Positions 36,412 to 46,098 of a DNA stretch of 64,000 nucleotides are shown piece by piece; positions within the stretch are counted from its first letter, which is position 1; every line of letters begins with the position of its first letter. The DNA is from an uncultured Erysipelotrichaceae bacterium (GTDB taxonomy: Bacteria; Bacillota_I; Bacilli_A; RF39; UBA660), in assembly GCA_902791625.1 (NCBI GenBank), contig CADAWN010000001.1, positions 35,333 to 99,332 of the forward strand, written 5' to 3'. The notes under the pieces were generated by a model that saw only the letters and a program-made list of their open reading frames with translations, was not told the origin of the DNA and ran no database searches. The position numbers and the translations under genes were made by a program.

Positions 36412-36649
36412 AATCTTCAAAAGGTTCTTGTTTATGGATAAAGAAATAATCTATTTTATCCCAGTCAATGTCATAACCTCTCTCATCTTTTTCAGGCTTT
36501 TCTCTGTTAAGGCGTTCTGCCTCAGCTTTTGCAATCTCGTCATCATAAGAGGCATAATAGGAGAGAAAAGTATCACAACTTGATTCATATTCTGTTCCTT
36601 TGTTGTAGTAAACAGGTTCCTTTGTTTTGTAGCACATTGCGTTAATCAT
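36410..36649 (-). CDS. Hypothetical early protein (79 aa)
   Basis: Track ORF with an RBS. Its own promoter reads TTGACAAACTTAAAAAAATATGTTATTAT on the minus strand near 36700. Confidence 0.65.
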   Translation of the reverse strand: MINAMCYKTKEPVYYNKGTEYESSCDTFLSYYASYDDEIAKAEAERLNREKPEKDERGYDIDWDKIDYFFIHKQEPFED

Positions 36650-36941
36650 AGTAACAACTCCTTTTATTTTTTTAAGGTTTTTCGTTTTCCTTGATTATAT
36701 AATAACATATTTTTTTAAGTTTGTCAAGTAGTTTTTAAAAATTTTTTTGTAAATAATTTATAAATAAGTTTTTATTTTTAACTAAATCAAAAGTAGAGTT
36801 ATTAAGAGATTATTAACATTGCGATACATTACGTTGTGCCGCACAGCATAAAAATATTGAATAGTATATTAATAATACGATAGAGTTAAATATAGATTAA
36901 TTATTAATAATGCGATAGTTAGAAAAAGAAAAAGGTTGACA

Positions 36942-37367
36942 TTAATCAACCTTTTCATTTAATTCAATAAAATCAATTATTTCATCATCTGTTATTATTT
37001 CGGTATCACGATTATCAAAAGTAAGTTGATACTTTTTACCTTTTTCGATGTTAATATTTTTCATTCTCCACATATTACCATCTTCTGTTATAAAAGTGTT
37101 TTCATTTACTGCGGTTGCGGTCATTTGATAATAAAACGTTTGTTCTGTTGAATAATCACTTGAACTTGAACTGCTTTCCTCTTTTGTTGATGATGTTATA
37201 CCATATATCATTACTATTATAACAATAATAATTCCATAGATTATATTTATTAAACAGATAATTGCCGCATAAGTTGGCATAGTTTCCTTATGAGCATTTT
37301 TAAAATAGCATAACGTATTGACAATAGTAAGAATAATGAGAATAACTAACATAATCTCGATTACCAT
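36942..37367 (-). CDS. Small membrane protein (141 aa, two N-terminal TM helices, Ser-rich linker)
   Basis: Track ORF with AAGGAG upstream. Its own promoter is near 37420, and the GGTTGAC..TCAACC terminator overlaps the stop. Confidence 0.65.
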   Translation of the reverse strand: MVIEIMLVILIILTIVNTLCYFKNAHKETMPTYAAIICLINIIYGIIIVIIVMIYGITSSTKEESSSSSSDYSTEQTFYYQMTATAVNENTFITEDGNMWRMKNINIEKGKKYQLTFDNRDTEIITDDEIIDFIELNEKVD

Positions 37368-37761
37368 AATTAAACATCTCCTTAAAGGTTTTAGGTTTGT
37401 CTTACTGTACTTATATAATACTATATTTTAGTAAATTTGTCAATGAATAATTTGTAAATACTTTATAAATATTTTATGAATAGAATATGAATATTGCGAT
37501 AGATTAAAATAAATCTAAAATATGAATAATTCGACAGTTTAAAAAAAATCTTAAAAATGGTTTTTGAATATTTTAATTCTTAAAAATATCCAACCCCTTA
37601 AAAGTTTATAACCCCTTAAAATAAATATGAATAAAGTTTGAATAATCCGACCCCTATTTTTTACCAAAAGAATAGAAATAAATTTGTGCAAATTGTTAAT
37701 TGACAGTACCCCTTTTTTATATTATAATATCAATAGAAAATAAAAAAGGAGTTGAGTAATT

Positions 37762-37932
37762 TTGAAAAAGACAAGTGTAACAGAACGCCGTTTTAAATGT
37801 CCTACTTGTAATTTTATTATGACTGCATACAAAAAATCAAGTCGCAGAACATCAAAAGGGCATTTAAAAAATATGTGGTGTCCAATTTGCAAAGAGGAAC
37901 ACAATTTTATTCAGTTGTCAAAGTATGAATAG
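37762..37932 (+). CDS. Zinc-ribbon protein (56 aa) that ends in TAG
   Basis: The promoter is TTGACA-17-TATAAT at about 37701-37730. The start is TTG after AAAGGAG. The protein reads KCPTC..CPIC. The TAG stop is followed by an AGAGGAAC..GTTCCCCTCT terminator. It is below the 60-aa threshold of the ORF track. Confidence 0.5.
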   Translation: MKKTSVTERRFKCPTCNFIMTAYKKSSRRTSKGHLKNMWCPICKEEHNFIQLSKYE

Positions 37933-38047
37933 AGAGGAACACTCGTTCCCCTCTATTTTATTAACTTAATATGAACATTGCGATAGAATTGAATATGAAT
38001 AAAATATTAACAATGCGATATATCAAAAGAAAAAGAAAAGAGAGTTT

Positions 38048-38272
38048 TTAACTCTCTTTTACAGTTACAATAAATGGAATTTTTCCATTCTCTCTCAAAA
38101 GCTTTTTTGCTCTTTTGATAACAGGATATGCGTGCTTTCCGTGAGTCTGTTCATATCTGCGTGACATATACCATTCAGCCATTTCAAAAGCGGCTTCTTT
38201 GTTGGTGTATGTTCTCTCAGCGACAACATCAGTAAAATTCTCGTACATAATAACAACATAATTCTTATTCAT
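38048..38272 (-). CDS. Hypothetical early protein (74 aa)
   Basis: Track ORF trimmed to the ATG (MNKNYVV..) after GAAAGGTAG. Confidence 0.6.
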   Translation of the reverse strand: MNKNYVVIMYENFTDVVAERTYTNKEAAFEMAEWYMSRRYEQTHGKHAYPVIKRAKKLLRENGKIPFIVTVKES

Positions 38273-38571
38273 AGTAAACACTACCTTTCTGGTTTATTGG
38301 GTTTTCCTTCCCTTATCTTGATTATAGTATAACATATCTTAATCAATTTGTCAATGAATATTTTATAAACTATTTGTGAACTTTTTATGAACAAAAGTAT
38401 GAATGATATGTGAACGTTGCGCCGCACACCAAATGTTACAAGAATATTAACATTGCGATAGTTACGATATTTCTTTTGATTAAAAGTTTTAATTTATTTA
38501 TAAAATATTTTCTTGACAAAATAGGATTTATGTGTTATACTATATATAGAATAATAAAGGAGGTTGTTATT

Positions 38572-38766
38572 ATGACTTTGAATGAAAAGGAAAATTTATT
38601 TTGGGATTGCACACATTACGGGAAAATTATTTTTGTAAATGATTATGATTTTAAAGCAGAAGGGATTTATGTTTCGACGTACTGTATCGAATACGAAGGC
38701 AAAAGACATTTTTTTATCAAAGCAAATGGCGCAGTTGTTCATTATGAAGAGGTTAAAGAGGATTAA
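38572..38766 (+). CDS. Hypothetical early protein (64 aa)
   Basis: ATG follows AAAGGAGGT. The upstream part of the track ORF covers the promoter (TTGACAAAATAGGATTTATGTGTTATACT). Confidence 0.65.
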   Translation: MTLNEKENLFWDCTHYGKIIFVNDYDFKAEGIYVSTYCIEYEGKRHFFIKANGAVVHYEEVKED

Positions 38767-38893
38767 ATCCTCTTTAATTTTTTATGAATATTGCGATAGT
38801 TTTCTACTAAAATTTGCAGTGCGGCACAAGGTAATTTATTGTAAAACTATTAACATTGCGATAGAACAAAAGCGAAAAAAATAAAGGTTGAAA

Positions 38894-39124
38894 TTAATCA
38901 ACCTTTATATTAAACTTATAAAAAGTATTTGAAATAGCGTCAATAATTCTTGCCATTTCAGACTTTGAAACTCTCTCGGAAATTTCAGTTAAACCGCCAT
39001 TCTCGTTAAAAATCTTGCAAAGTCTAACACCGCCATAAGCGTAGTTAAGTACAAACTGATTTGTGTTGAATTGTCTGTTGAGATTTTCAAGTTTCTTATC
39101 AAGTATTGTTTTTGTGATTGTCAT
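38894..39124 (-). CDS. Hypothetical early protein (76 aa)
   Basis: Track ORF with GGAGGT upstream. The hairpin terminator overlaps the stop. Confidence 0.65.
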   Translation of the reverse strand: MTITKTILDKKLENLNRQFNTNQFVLNYAYGGVRLCKIFNENGGLTEISERVSKSEMARIIDAISNTFYKFNIKVD

Positions 39125-39404
39125 AATAACGACCTCCTAAATTGTTTTATTGTTGTTCTTTACTGTACTTATAATATAACACATTTTCGCCAATTTGTCA
39201 ATGAATATTTTGTATTTATTTTGTAAATAAAATATGAATGACTATTAAAAAATTATGAACGTTGCGCCGCACAACAAATGTTACAAGATTGTTAATAATG
39301 CGATAGATATAGATGTATTCTTGTTCATAAAATATTTACAAAAAATCTATTGACAAAATACTATATATATGTTATACTGTATATAGTAAAAGGAGGTTGA
39401 TACT

Positions 39405-39590
39405 ATGACAACGAAAACACTTGCAAAAATGATAATAAATTCATTTACTGAAACAGACAAAGAAAAACTCAATCGTCAAATTAAATACCTTCAGACTTGT
39501 TATTTTCATAGCAATAACGTTAATCTTCAGGATGATATACAACAAACAATTTATTTTTTAATGGATAAAGTTGAAAAAATAAAAGGGTAG
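39405..39590 (+). CDS. Hypothetical early protein (61 aa) that ends in TAG
   Basis: Track ORF with AAAGGAGGT upstream. The TAG stop lies inside the terminator stem AAAGGGTAgaaaTACCCTTT. Confidence 0.65.
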   Translation: MTTKTLAKMIINSFTETDKEKLNRQIKYLQTCYFHSNNVNLQDDIQQTIYFLMDKVEKIKG

Positions 39591-39786
39591 AAATACCCTT
39601 TTTATTTATTAATTTTCTTTAAAAATGCGACTGCGGCAAAACGTAATTTATTACAAGAATATTAACAATGCGATAGTATAATAGTTTTCACATTTTAAAG
39701 CATTAAAACTTTTTGTAATTAAATTGTAATCTTTTGTAATCAAAATGTAATTGACTTTTACTCTATTTTATGTTATATTATATATA

Positions 39787-40051
39787 GGGATAAGGAAGGG
39801 AGAACAAATACTGGATGCACCCTTCCTGAGTAATGCCTACGAAGTTACTACTAACAAAGGCAAGGGGAAGTAGCGCAGTTACCATTTCTGCGATAGTGAA
39901 TTTGGGGCTTACAACCAACTGTAACGAAGGCGGTTATTCGGCAAGTGAGTAGTGTACATATCTCACAAACCGCAAAAGATATATACCTATCGGGTCAAGT
40001 CTATGGACTTGACAGGAACCTACCCGCAAAAACGGTAGGTATATTTCTTTT
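39787..40051 (+). ncRNA. Candidate structured ncRNA (~265 nt), class unknown
   Basis: The promoter is TTGACT (39751) -17- TATATT. No ORF or RBS follows. Several strong helices are visible (GGAAGGG/CCCTTCC, GTCAAGTC-tatg-GACTTGAC, GCGGTT../AACCGC). The unit ends in the terminator CCTACCCGcaaaaaCGGTAGGTATATTTCTTTTT. Confidence 0.55.
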
Positions 40052-40291
40052 TAAATTGATTAAAATTTTTAATTATTACTAAGTTATGAACAATGCGATA
40101 GTTACAAGTATAAATAAACTATTAACAATGCGACCGCACTATCGTATTCTTAACATAGTCTTAATAATTGCGCAATCGCAACGTTCATATTCTATTCACA
40201 AATCAATTCACAGAAATTTAATTTTTCAACTCTTGATTTTTAATATTTATTGTGGTATAATAATATTAGAAATTTAAAAGGAGGTCATAAT

Positions 40292-40600
40292 ATGACAAAA
40301 AATAACAATCTTAATTCTAAATACTGTGAGCCAATACTGCACCTTGCTAACTTGTGTTCTGCCGAGGGTATTCCTTTTGTTGTACGTCCAGCGTTTGAGG
40401 GGCTACAGCTTGTATGTCCGAGCTTAGAGAAATGGGAGTTTGATGTTATCTGCCATAGAGGTAGCTATGGACACGAGCAGGGGCTACTTGAAATTATGGG
40501 AGCTATTTGCAATGCTTGTGATGATGATGTAGAGGGCTACTTAGAAGTTGAAGAGGTTTTCGAGAGAATTAAAAAGTATTATAAAAAAAGGAGCTTATGA
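40292..40600 (+). CDS. Hypothetical early protein (102 aa), Cys/His-rich
   Basis: ATG follows AAAGGAGGT. The upstream part of the track ORF covers promoter DNA. Confidence 0.65.
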   Translation: MTKNNNLNSKYCEPILHLANLCSAEGIPFVVRPAFEGLQLVCPSLEKWEFDVICHRGSYGHEQGLLEIMGAICNACDDDVEGYLEVEEVFERIKKYYKKRSL

Positions 40601-40788
40601 TAATATAAAGGACTACTCAACTGTTGAGGAAATTTTTGAAGATATTAGAAAATGTTATAAAAAGGGAGAATAATCTCCCTTTTTCTTTTTTTAATAAAAT
40701 ATGAACAATGCGATAGACAAATTAGTTAAAATTTTTAATTAAATAAATAAAGAAAAAGGTTGATATTAATATCAACCTTTTAGTTTTC

Positions 40789-40992
40789 TTATTCTCTAAA
40801 GTCATCATAAATTTCAATTTCAATATCTGGCTTTATTCCCTCTGTGGAAGCAATTGCACCGATATAAATAACAAATTGATTCCATTCACATTCTTTTGAT
40901 AATTTTTCAAAATAAGCAAATACCTCATCAGGTACATTTACCATTTTACAAAAATCATCATCACTTGTTTTTATAAGTCTACCAATTTTCAT
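40789..40992 (-). CDS. Hypothetical early protein (67 aa)
   Basis: Track ORF with GGAGGT upstream. It has its own promoter (TTGACTTTTAGTTGGGAAAGTGTTATTAT on the minus strand). Confidence 0.65.
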   Translation of the reverse strand: MKIGRLIKTSDDDFCKMVNVPDEVFAYFEKLSKECEWNQFVIYIGAIASTEGIKPDIEIEIYDDFRE

Positions 40993-41223
40993 TTCTTTAC
41001 CTCCTAAAGTTAATCTTACTGTTGTTTTTTACTGTAACTATATAATAACACTTTCCCAACTAAAAGTCAATTACTTTTTTATTACAAAAGGTTACAATTC
41101 GGTTACAATTAAATATTAATAAATAATGTATAGTGCGGCATACTATATTATGAAAATGTAAACAGTACGATAGAGGTTTTAGTTAAAAGTTTTAATTAAT
41201 TAAATAAAAGAAAAAGGTTGACA

Positions 41224-41448
41224 TTAGTCAACCTCAATCTCGTCTATAATGAATATATCATCTAAATACTCAAAATCATTTTCAGCAAAATCATGAAATG
41301 CCTCATTTTCTCTATTGGCATCAAAGCCACAATTCTTATCAATAAAATTCCTTGCGCCAATTATTGCCTCATACATAGTATTATAAAATTTGTGTATATG
41401 AGTTCTACCGCACCAAGAACCTTCAATAATAAGAGCATATTTTTTCAT
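41224..41448 (-). CDS. Hypothetical early protein (74 aa)
   Basis: Track ORF with an RBS. The GGTTGACATTAGTCAACC terminator overlaps the stop. Confidence 0.65.
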   Translation of the reverse strand: MKKYALIIEGSWCGRTHIHKFYNTMYEAIIGARNFIDKNCGFDANRENEAFHDFAENDFEYLDDIFIIDEIEVD

Positions 41449-41613
41449 AGTATCAAATCCTTCCTCGTTTTAAAGAGTTTCGTTCTCTTATCTTGATTAT
41501 ATTATACTATATCCCAATTAAAAAATCAATAGACAAAATACACAAAGTTTCTACTTAAAAATTAGTAAAAATTTATCTTGACAAATTGAGATAAATATGT
41601 TATATTATATATA

Positions 41614-41707
41614 AAGAAAGGCAAATACAAAGTCGACCGAGGGTGCAATAGTGCCATAGGTCAAAATCTAAAACCTTAAAAAGGCGGTTTTCTATAACCG
41701 CCTTTTA
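41614..41707 (+). ncRNA. Candidate small RNA (~95 nt)
   Basis: The promoter is TTGACA (41578) -17- TATATT. No ORF follows. The body contains GACC..GGTC helices and ends in AAAAGGCGGTTttctatAACCGCCTTTT. Confidence 0.5.
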
Positions 41708-41951
41708 ACTTTTTATGAATATTCCGACCCCTTTTAAAAATTAAATTTATGTTAAATATCCGACTGACTATCGTACTGTTCATAAAATATTCAACCCCTT
41801 TTACAGTCGCCTTGTTCATAATTCCGTAATAGTTAAAAATTTTAATTAAAATGAAAATTAAAAGAGGTGCAGACGCATCCACACCCCTTAAGCATAGTCC
41901 GCAGACGTTTGCCGTTTTATTCTGTATCTGTTACCTCACAAAGTTTAACCT

Positions 41952-42131
41952 TTATCTCATAATCAGATAAATAACTCCTATTGCAATAAGACCAATAATA
42001 AAAGTTATCCATATTGGTGAAAGTACCCATACCCACGACCATTTAATTACTCCGCAAAGTTTAAGTACAATAAAAACCAATGCCAATACACTTGGAAAAC
42101 TCATTCCACCACTTACATTCTTCTTTTCCAT
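41952..42131 (-). CDS. Small membrane protein (59 aa)
   Basis: ATG at 42129-42131 follows GAGAAAGG. The protein MEKKNVSGGMSFPSVLALVFIVLKLCGVIKWSWVWVLSPIWITFIIGLIAIGVIYLIMR has two TM helices. It is below the ORF-track threshold. Confidence 0.5.
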   Translation of the reverse strand: MEKKNVSGGMSFPSVLALVFIVLKLCGVIKWSWVWVLSPIWITFIIGLIAIGVIYLIMR

Positions 42132-42232
42132 AATATCAAAACCTTTCTCGTTTTAAAGAGTTTCCGTTCTCTTATCTTGATTATATTATATCATATAATC
42201 TTGTTTTTGTCAATCGTCAAATTATACAAATC

Positions 42233-42469
42233 TTATGCTTCTATTTCATGCCTTTCTGTCCATATTACCCCTTCAATTCCAAAACTTATACGACTATCAG
42301 AGTATGAATGTGCTAATTTTGCAAAATAATCACTGTAAAAACTTTCCTTTTCATATTGTTTCAAAAACTGTCTACAATAATTATATGCACAAAGTGGATG
42401 TGAAAAAATATGAATCTTAATCTTAGAAGTTGACAAATCAAAATAATGAACCAACCAAACAAATCTCAT
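42233..42469 (-). CDS. Hypothetical early protein (78 aa)
   Basis: Track ORF with AAAGGAGGT upstream. Confidence 0.65.
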   Translation of the reverse strand: MRFVWLVHYFDLSTSKIKIHIFSHPLCAYNYCRQFLKQYEKESFYSDYFAKLAHSYSDSRISFGIEGVIWTERHEIEA

Positions 42470-42644
42470 AATAATACCTCCTTTTCTTTTCTATAATTAT
42501 TATACCATAAAATTTTTTAAAAATCAATAGATAAAATGTTAAATGTTTGTGAATTTTGCGCCGCCCTTGTTAAGAAAATATAAACGTTACGATAGGTGAT
42601 TTGATTAAAAATTTTAATTAAATAGAAAAAGAAAAAGGTTGATT

Positions 42645-43016
42645 TTACTCAACCTTTAACATAGTCATACCCATATCAAGCATTTGCTGTACAGTAAGAT
42701 TTTCAATACACCATTTTACAGACTTTTCGCTTGCTTTATCTGTATCAACAGAAAAGTTTAAAGTTCTCTCTTTAATCGTGTATTTATTTTCGTATTGTGA
42801 TAAGTATTCGTCAAAACTATTATAATAGTCTTGTTTATATTGTTCAATTGTTTTGTCTACCATATCAGGTGTGACTACTTTTTCATAATATCCGTGTAAA
42901 TTAAGCGGTCTACCAAAATAATCGAAACTTTCATATTTTTCTTTACCGTTTTTCTTTTTAATTAGAGTAAAATCTCCTGACGAAACACATACTTCAACTC
43001 TTACATAATCTTTCAT
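42645..43016 (-). CDS. Hypothetical early protein (123 aa)
   Basis: Track ORF with GGAGGT upstream. The hairpin terminator overlaps the stop. Confidence 0.65.
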   Translation of the reverse strand: MKDYVRVEVCVSSGDFTLIKKKNGKEKYESFDYFGRPLNLHGYYEKVVTPDMVDKTIEQYKQDYYNSFDEYLSQYENKYTIKERTLNFSVDTDKASEKSVKWCIENLTVQQMLDMGMTMLKVE

Positions 43017-43348
43017 TTAGATTACCTCCTAAATTATTTTCTATATATAATATAACATATATTAAAGCAAAAGTCAATTACAGAGTGATTACAAATAGTT
43101 ACAAAGTGGTTACAGGTTATGTCCAAACTATGAACGTAGCGGCGGCACAAAATGTTTCTTAAATGTAAACGATACGATAGTCAATCGCAATGTTAATATT
43201 ATCTTAACAACTTAACTGCCGCCGTATTAACATAATCTTAATAATTAAAAAATAAAACAAATTCATAAAAACTTTAAAAAATAACTATTGACTTTTAATA
43301 AAATTTATGGTATACTAATTATAGAAAAGAATAAAGGAGGTCAAAATA

Positions 43349-43450
43349 ATGTTTGACAAAATAATGACAAAAATTGGTGGAATATTTGCAGGTCTTTTGG
43401 TAACAATAGGTTTGTATGCAGTTTGCGTACTCTTTGCACTAATGTTTTAA
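43349..43450 (+). CDS. Membrane micropeptide (33 aa), first gene of a 3-gene operon
   Basis: AAAGGAGGT lies 8 nt upstream of the ATG. The peptide is MFDKIMTKIGGIFAGLLVTIGLYAVCVLFALMF. The next gene's RBS follows immediately. Confidence 0.45.
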   Translation: MFDKIMTKIGGIFAGLLVTIGLYAVCVLFALMF

Positions 43451-43463
43451 AGGAGGTTTAAAA

Positions 43464-43670
43464 ATGAGTGAAATTTACGCAAAAACGGTTTATGTCGTAG
43501 TGCAGGATGAAAGAGCTATTCATGTTTTTTATGATTATGAAAAAGCAATAGATTACATTTTTATGATTTGTATGACCAATAAAGAAGAAATTTCAAGAAA
43601 TATTCGTGATTATAATCAACATAATTCAGATTATGGAATTTTTAAAGTTGAAAGAGCTTTTATAGATTAA
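43464..43670 (+). CDS. Hypothetical early protein (68 aa)
   Basis: Track ORF with AAGGAGGT upstream. Confidence 0.65.
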   Translation: MSEIYAKTVYVVVQDERAIHVFYDYEKAIDYIFMICMTNKEEISRNIRDYNQHNSDYGIFKVERAFID

Positions 43671-43682
43671 GGAGGTTTAAAA

Positions 43683-43898
43683 ATGATGTATACAACGGAA
43701 GAAGGAAAAAGATTTCAAGCGTATGACCTTTATGATTTTCATGAGTTGCTTTGTGAAAGCGATAATCTTACAGATTGTTACAATGCTGTTTTGCAGAGAT
43801 TTGAGGATACAGACGGCGAATGTGCTTGTGAAATAAGAGATATGGAAACTATTGGTAGTTTTTCTGTTACTATTGATGGTTGGAGTGATGAAGAGTAA
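43683..43898 (+). CDS. Hypothetical acidic early protein (71 aa)
   Basis: Track ORF with AAGGAGGT upstream. The terminator GAGTTGACaaaaGTCAACTC follows. Confidence 0.65.
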   Translation: MMYTTEEGKRFQAYDLYDFHELLCESDNLTDCYNAVLQRFEDTDGECACEIRDMETIGSFSVTIDGWSDEE

Positions 43899-44129
43899 GA
43901 GTTGACAAAAGTCAACTCTTTTCTTTTGTTTGTTTAATTAATTTTTTTAACTATTACGAAATTATGAATACCACGACACTATATAATATTAAGGAATTAT
44001 GTATCTTAATTAAAAATCAATATACAAAATAACCAAAAATCTACCTTAAAATTTGTCTAAAAATCTACTTGACAATTCCCCTTTTCTATGCTATACTATA
44101 TACAAGATAAGATTTAGGAGGTAGATTAA

Positions 44130-44360
44130 ATGAAATCTGATAAATTTTTTGAAAATCTTAATTATGTTGTGCTTATGGGTTTAATAATCGCACAATGTAT
44201 AATTGGTAAATGGTATTTAATAGGTCAAGGAATTTACTTGATTTGCAATACAATTTCAGTTACAAGAGATTTTGTACTGAAAAGACCAAAAGCAGATAAA
44301 ATAAAAGATTTGTCTTGTACTGCAATAACAATAGGTTTGATATTGTTAGCAATAAGGTAG
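44130..44360 (+). CDS. Small membrane protein (76 aa) that ends in TAG
   Basis: Track ORF with TAGGAGGT upstream. The TAG stop lies inside the terminator stem AATAAGGTAgaaatTACCTTATT. Confidence 0.65.
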   Translation: MKSDKFFENLNYVVLMGLIIAQCIIGKWYLIGQGIYLICNTISVTRDFVLKRPKADKIKDLSCTAITIGLILLAIR

Positions 44361-44504
44361 AAATTACCTTATTGCTTTTTTGTTAATAATGCGATAGAAT
44401 GCCCGCTAAAATATTACAAAACTATGAATAATGCGATAGAGATTTAGTTAAAATTTTTAATTAAATAGAAAAAAGAAAAGGTTGACATTAGTCAACCATT
44501 TTCC

Positions 44505-44858
44505 TTATACCATAGTTAAATCAAAAGTCAACTGATTATCAGTTTCATATTTAACCTCAAATTCCGTAAAATGTCCGTCAGCATAAACAATTCTACTTGT
44601 ATATTCAAGAGGAAAAGTCAAACGCTTATCTATATAATCAATAAAATTGCTCATAACTTTTCTTTTAGCTTCCAAATACTCAGGTTCAATAAACTGGTCA
44701 AGTATTGATTTACCCCTGACGTATTTATCTTTCATATCCCAGAAAAAATACCTCCAACTATTAGAATCTGCAAAACCTCTTAATTCACCCCATTGTCTGT
44801 CATCATTACATTCTTCAACAAAATAATAGGCTAATTCATAACTGTTATTAAATCTCAT
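44505..44858 (-). CDS. Hypothetical early protein (117 aa)
   Basis: Track ORF trimmed to the ATG (MRFNNSYEL..) after AAAGGTGG. Confidence 0.6.
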   Translation of the reverse strand: MRFNNSYELAYYFVEECNDDRQWGELRGFADSNSWRYFFWDMKDKYVRGKSILDQFIEPEYLEAKRKVMSNFIDYIDKRLTFPLEYTSRIVYADGHFTEFEVKYETDNQLTFDLTMV

Positions 44859-45052
44859 AAATAATACCACCTTTTAAAGTTTCGTTGTTGTTCTTTACTA
44901 TATATAATATAACATATTTCAAGCAGTTTGTCAATGAATATTTTGTAAACAATAGGTAAACAATTTATTAACGTTGCGCCGCCCTTCATTATGAACAGAT
45001 TATGAACATCACGACGGAGCGCGGCACAGAAAAAGAGGAACAAATGTTCCTC

Positions 45053-45340
45053 TTAATCTTCCTCTTCAACTATTTCGTTAATCTGCAAAATATCTCCCCA
45101 CTCGTCATTTACTTTGCACTTACAATAAAGTATAGCACAAAACTGCCAAAAATCCAATTCGCAAGAGTTTTCGTTAATTTCAATAAATTTACCATTAACC
45201 TCTGCCGTTATTTCTTCTCCTTCAAAACAACCAATACAAAAATCAAAAACTGCCTGACGTGCAAATTTTTCAAACTCTATTGTTTTGGTATCTTCAAAGA
45301 ATTTAATTTCATTTGTTGTCATATTAGTTGCAAATAACAT
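45053..45340 (-). CDS. Hypothetical acidic early protein (95 aa)
   Basis: Track ORF with AAAGGAGGT upstream. It is the second gene of a 2-gene operon. Confidence 0.65.
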   Translation of the reverse strand: MLFATNMTTNEIKFFEDTKTIEFEKFARQAVFDFCIGCFEGEEITAEVNGKFIEINENSCELDFWQFCAILYCKCKVNDEWGDILQINEIVEEED

Positions 45341-45354
45341 TTATAAAACCTCCT

Positions 45355-45537
45355 TTATTCAAAAACATCAATTTCTCTTATTGCATAAAAATCATCAACA
45401 GCACCATAATCTTCTATTTGCTTTTCAACAGAATCTTTGTCATATTCTGTCATTGATGCAATATCTTCTATCGCCCTTGATTTTTTAAGATAAGCATAAT
45501 CTATAATGCCGTTTATTTCTACTGCATATACTGTCAT
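45355..45537 (-). CDS. Hypothetical early protein (60 aa)
   Basis: Track ORF. The promoter TTGACATTTAATAATTTTTATGGTATAAT lies on the minus strand near 45560-45600. Confidence 0.6.
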   Translation of the reverse strand: MTVYAVEINGIIDYAYLKKSRAIEDIASMTEYDKDSVEKQIEDYGAVDDFYAIREIDVFE

Positions 45538-46098
45538 TTTAAATTCAACTCCTTTTCTTTTACTATAATCATTATACCATAAAAATTATTAAATGTCAAT
45601 AGAAATAAAATTAAACTTTTATTAATTAGTTAAAAGATTTAATTATTACAGAATTATGAACACTGCGATAGTACTACATTATGAACATACTATAAATATT
45701 ACGACCGCACTGCCGCACTGTTAATATCTTCTTAACAAACTCAACTGCCGCACCGTTCACAATTTCGCAATAATTAAAAATTCTAACCAATTAACAAAAA
45801 CTTAATAAAAAAAATTTTCAAAACCTATTGACAAACAACTTGAAATATGCTATACTATATATAGTGAAAGAGAGAAAAACAAAAAACTCTCAAAAGTAAC
45901 TTGACTTTCCCCAATAGTCAAAACGCACAAAAGTAAACAATAAAGTTTGTGCAAAATGCCAGTTGACTTTCCTTGAAAAGTATGCTATAATGTATACAGA
46001 ACAAAGGAAAGAGAGGCAAAGAAAATCCCAAAATCATACGTCCCCAATAACAAATCAATGTCAGCCGATAGACGTTAAAACGGAGAAAGAGGTAAATT

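Noticed and set aside
39787-40051. The structured RNA could be the missing suppressor tRNA, a tmRNA, or a hammerhead ribozyme.
   Set aside because: It has no acceptor or T-arm and no TTCGA loop. The two CUA triplets are not in a U-CUA-R 7-nt loop context. CUGAGUA does not fit the CUGANGA hammerhead core. I kept it as an ncRNA of unknown class.
41676-41882. The 68-aa track ORF (-) could be a real gene.
   Set aside because: It has no RBS or promoter. It overlaps the sRNA terminator and the intergenic motif boxes, and its composition is typical of non-coding AT-rich DNA.
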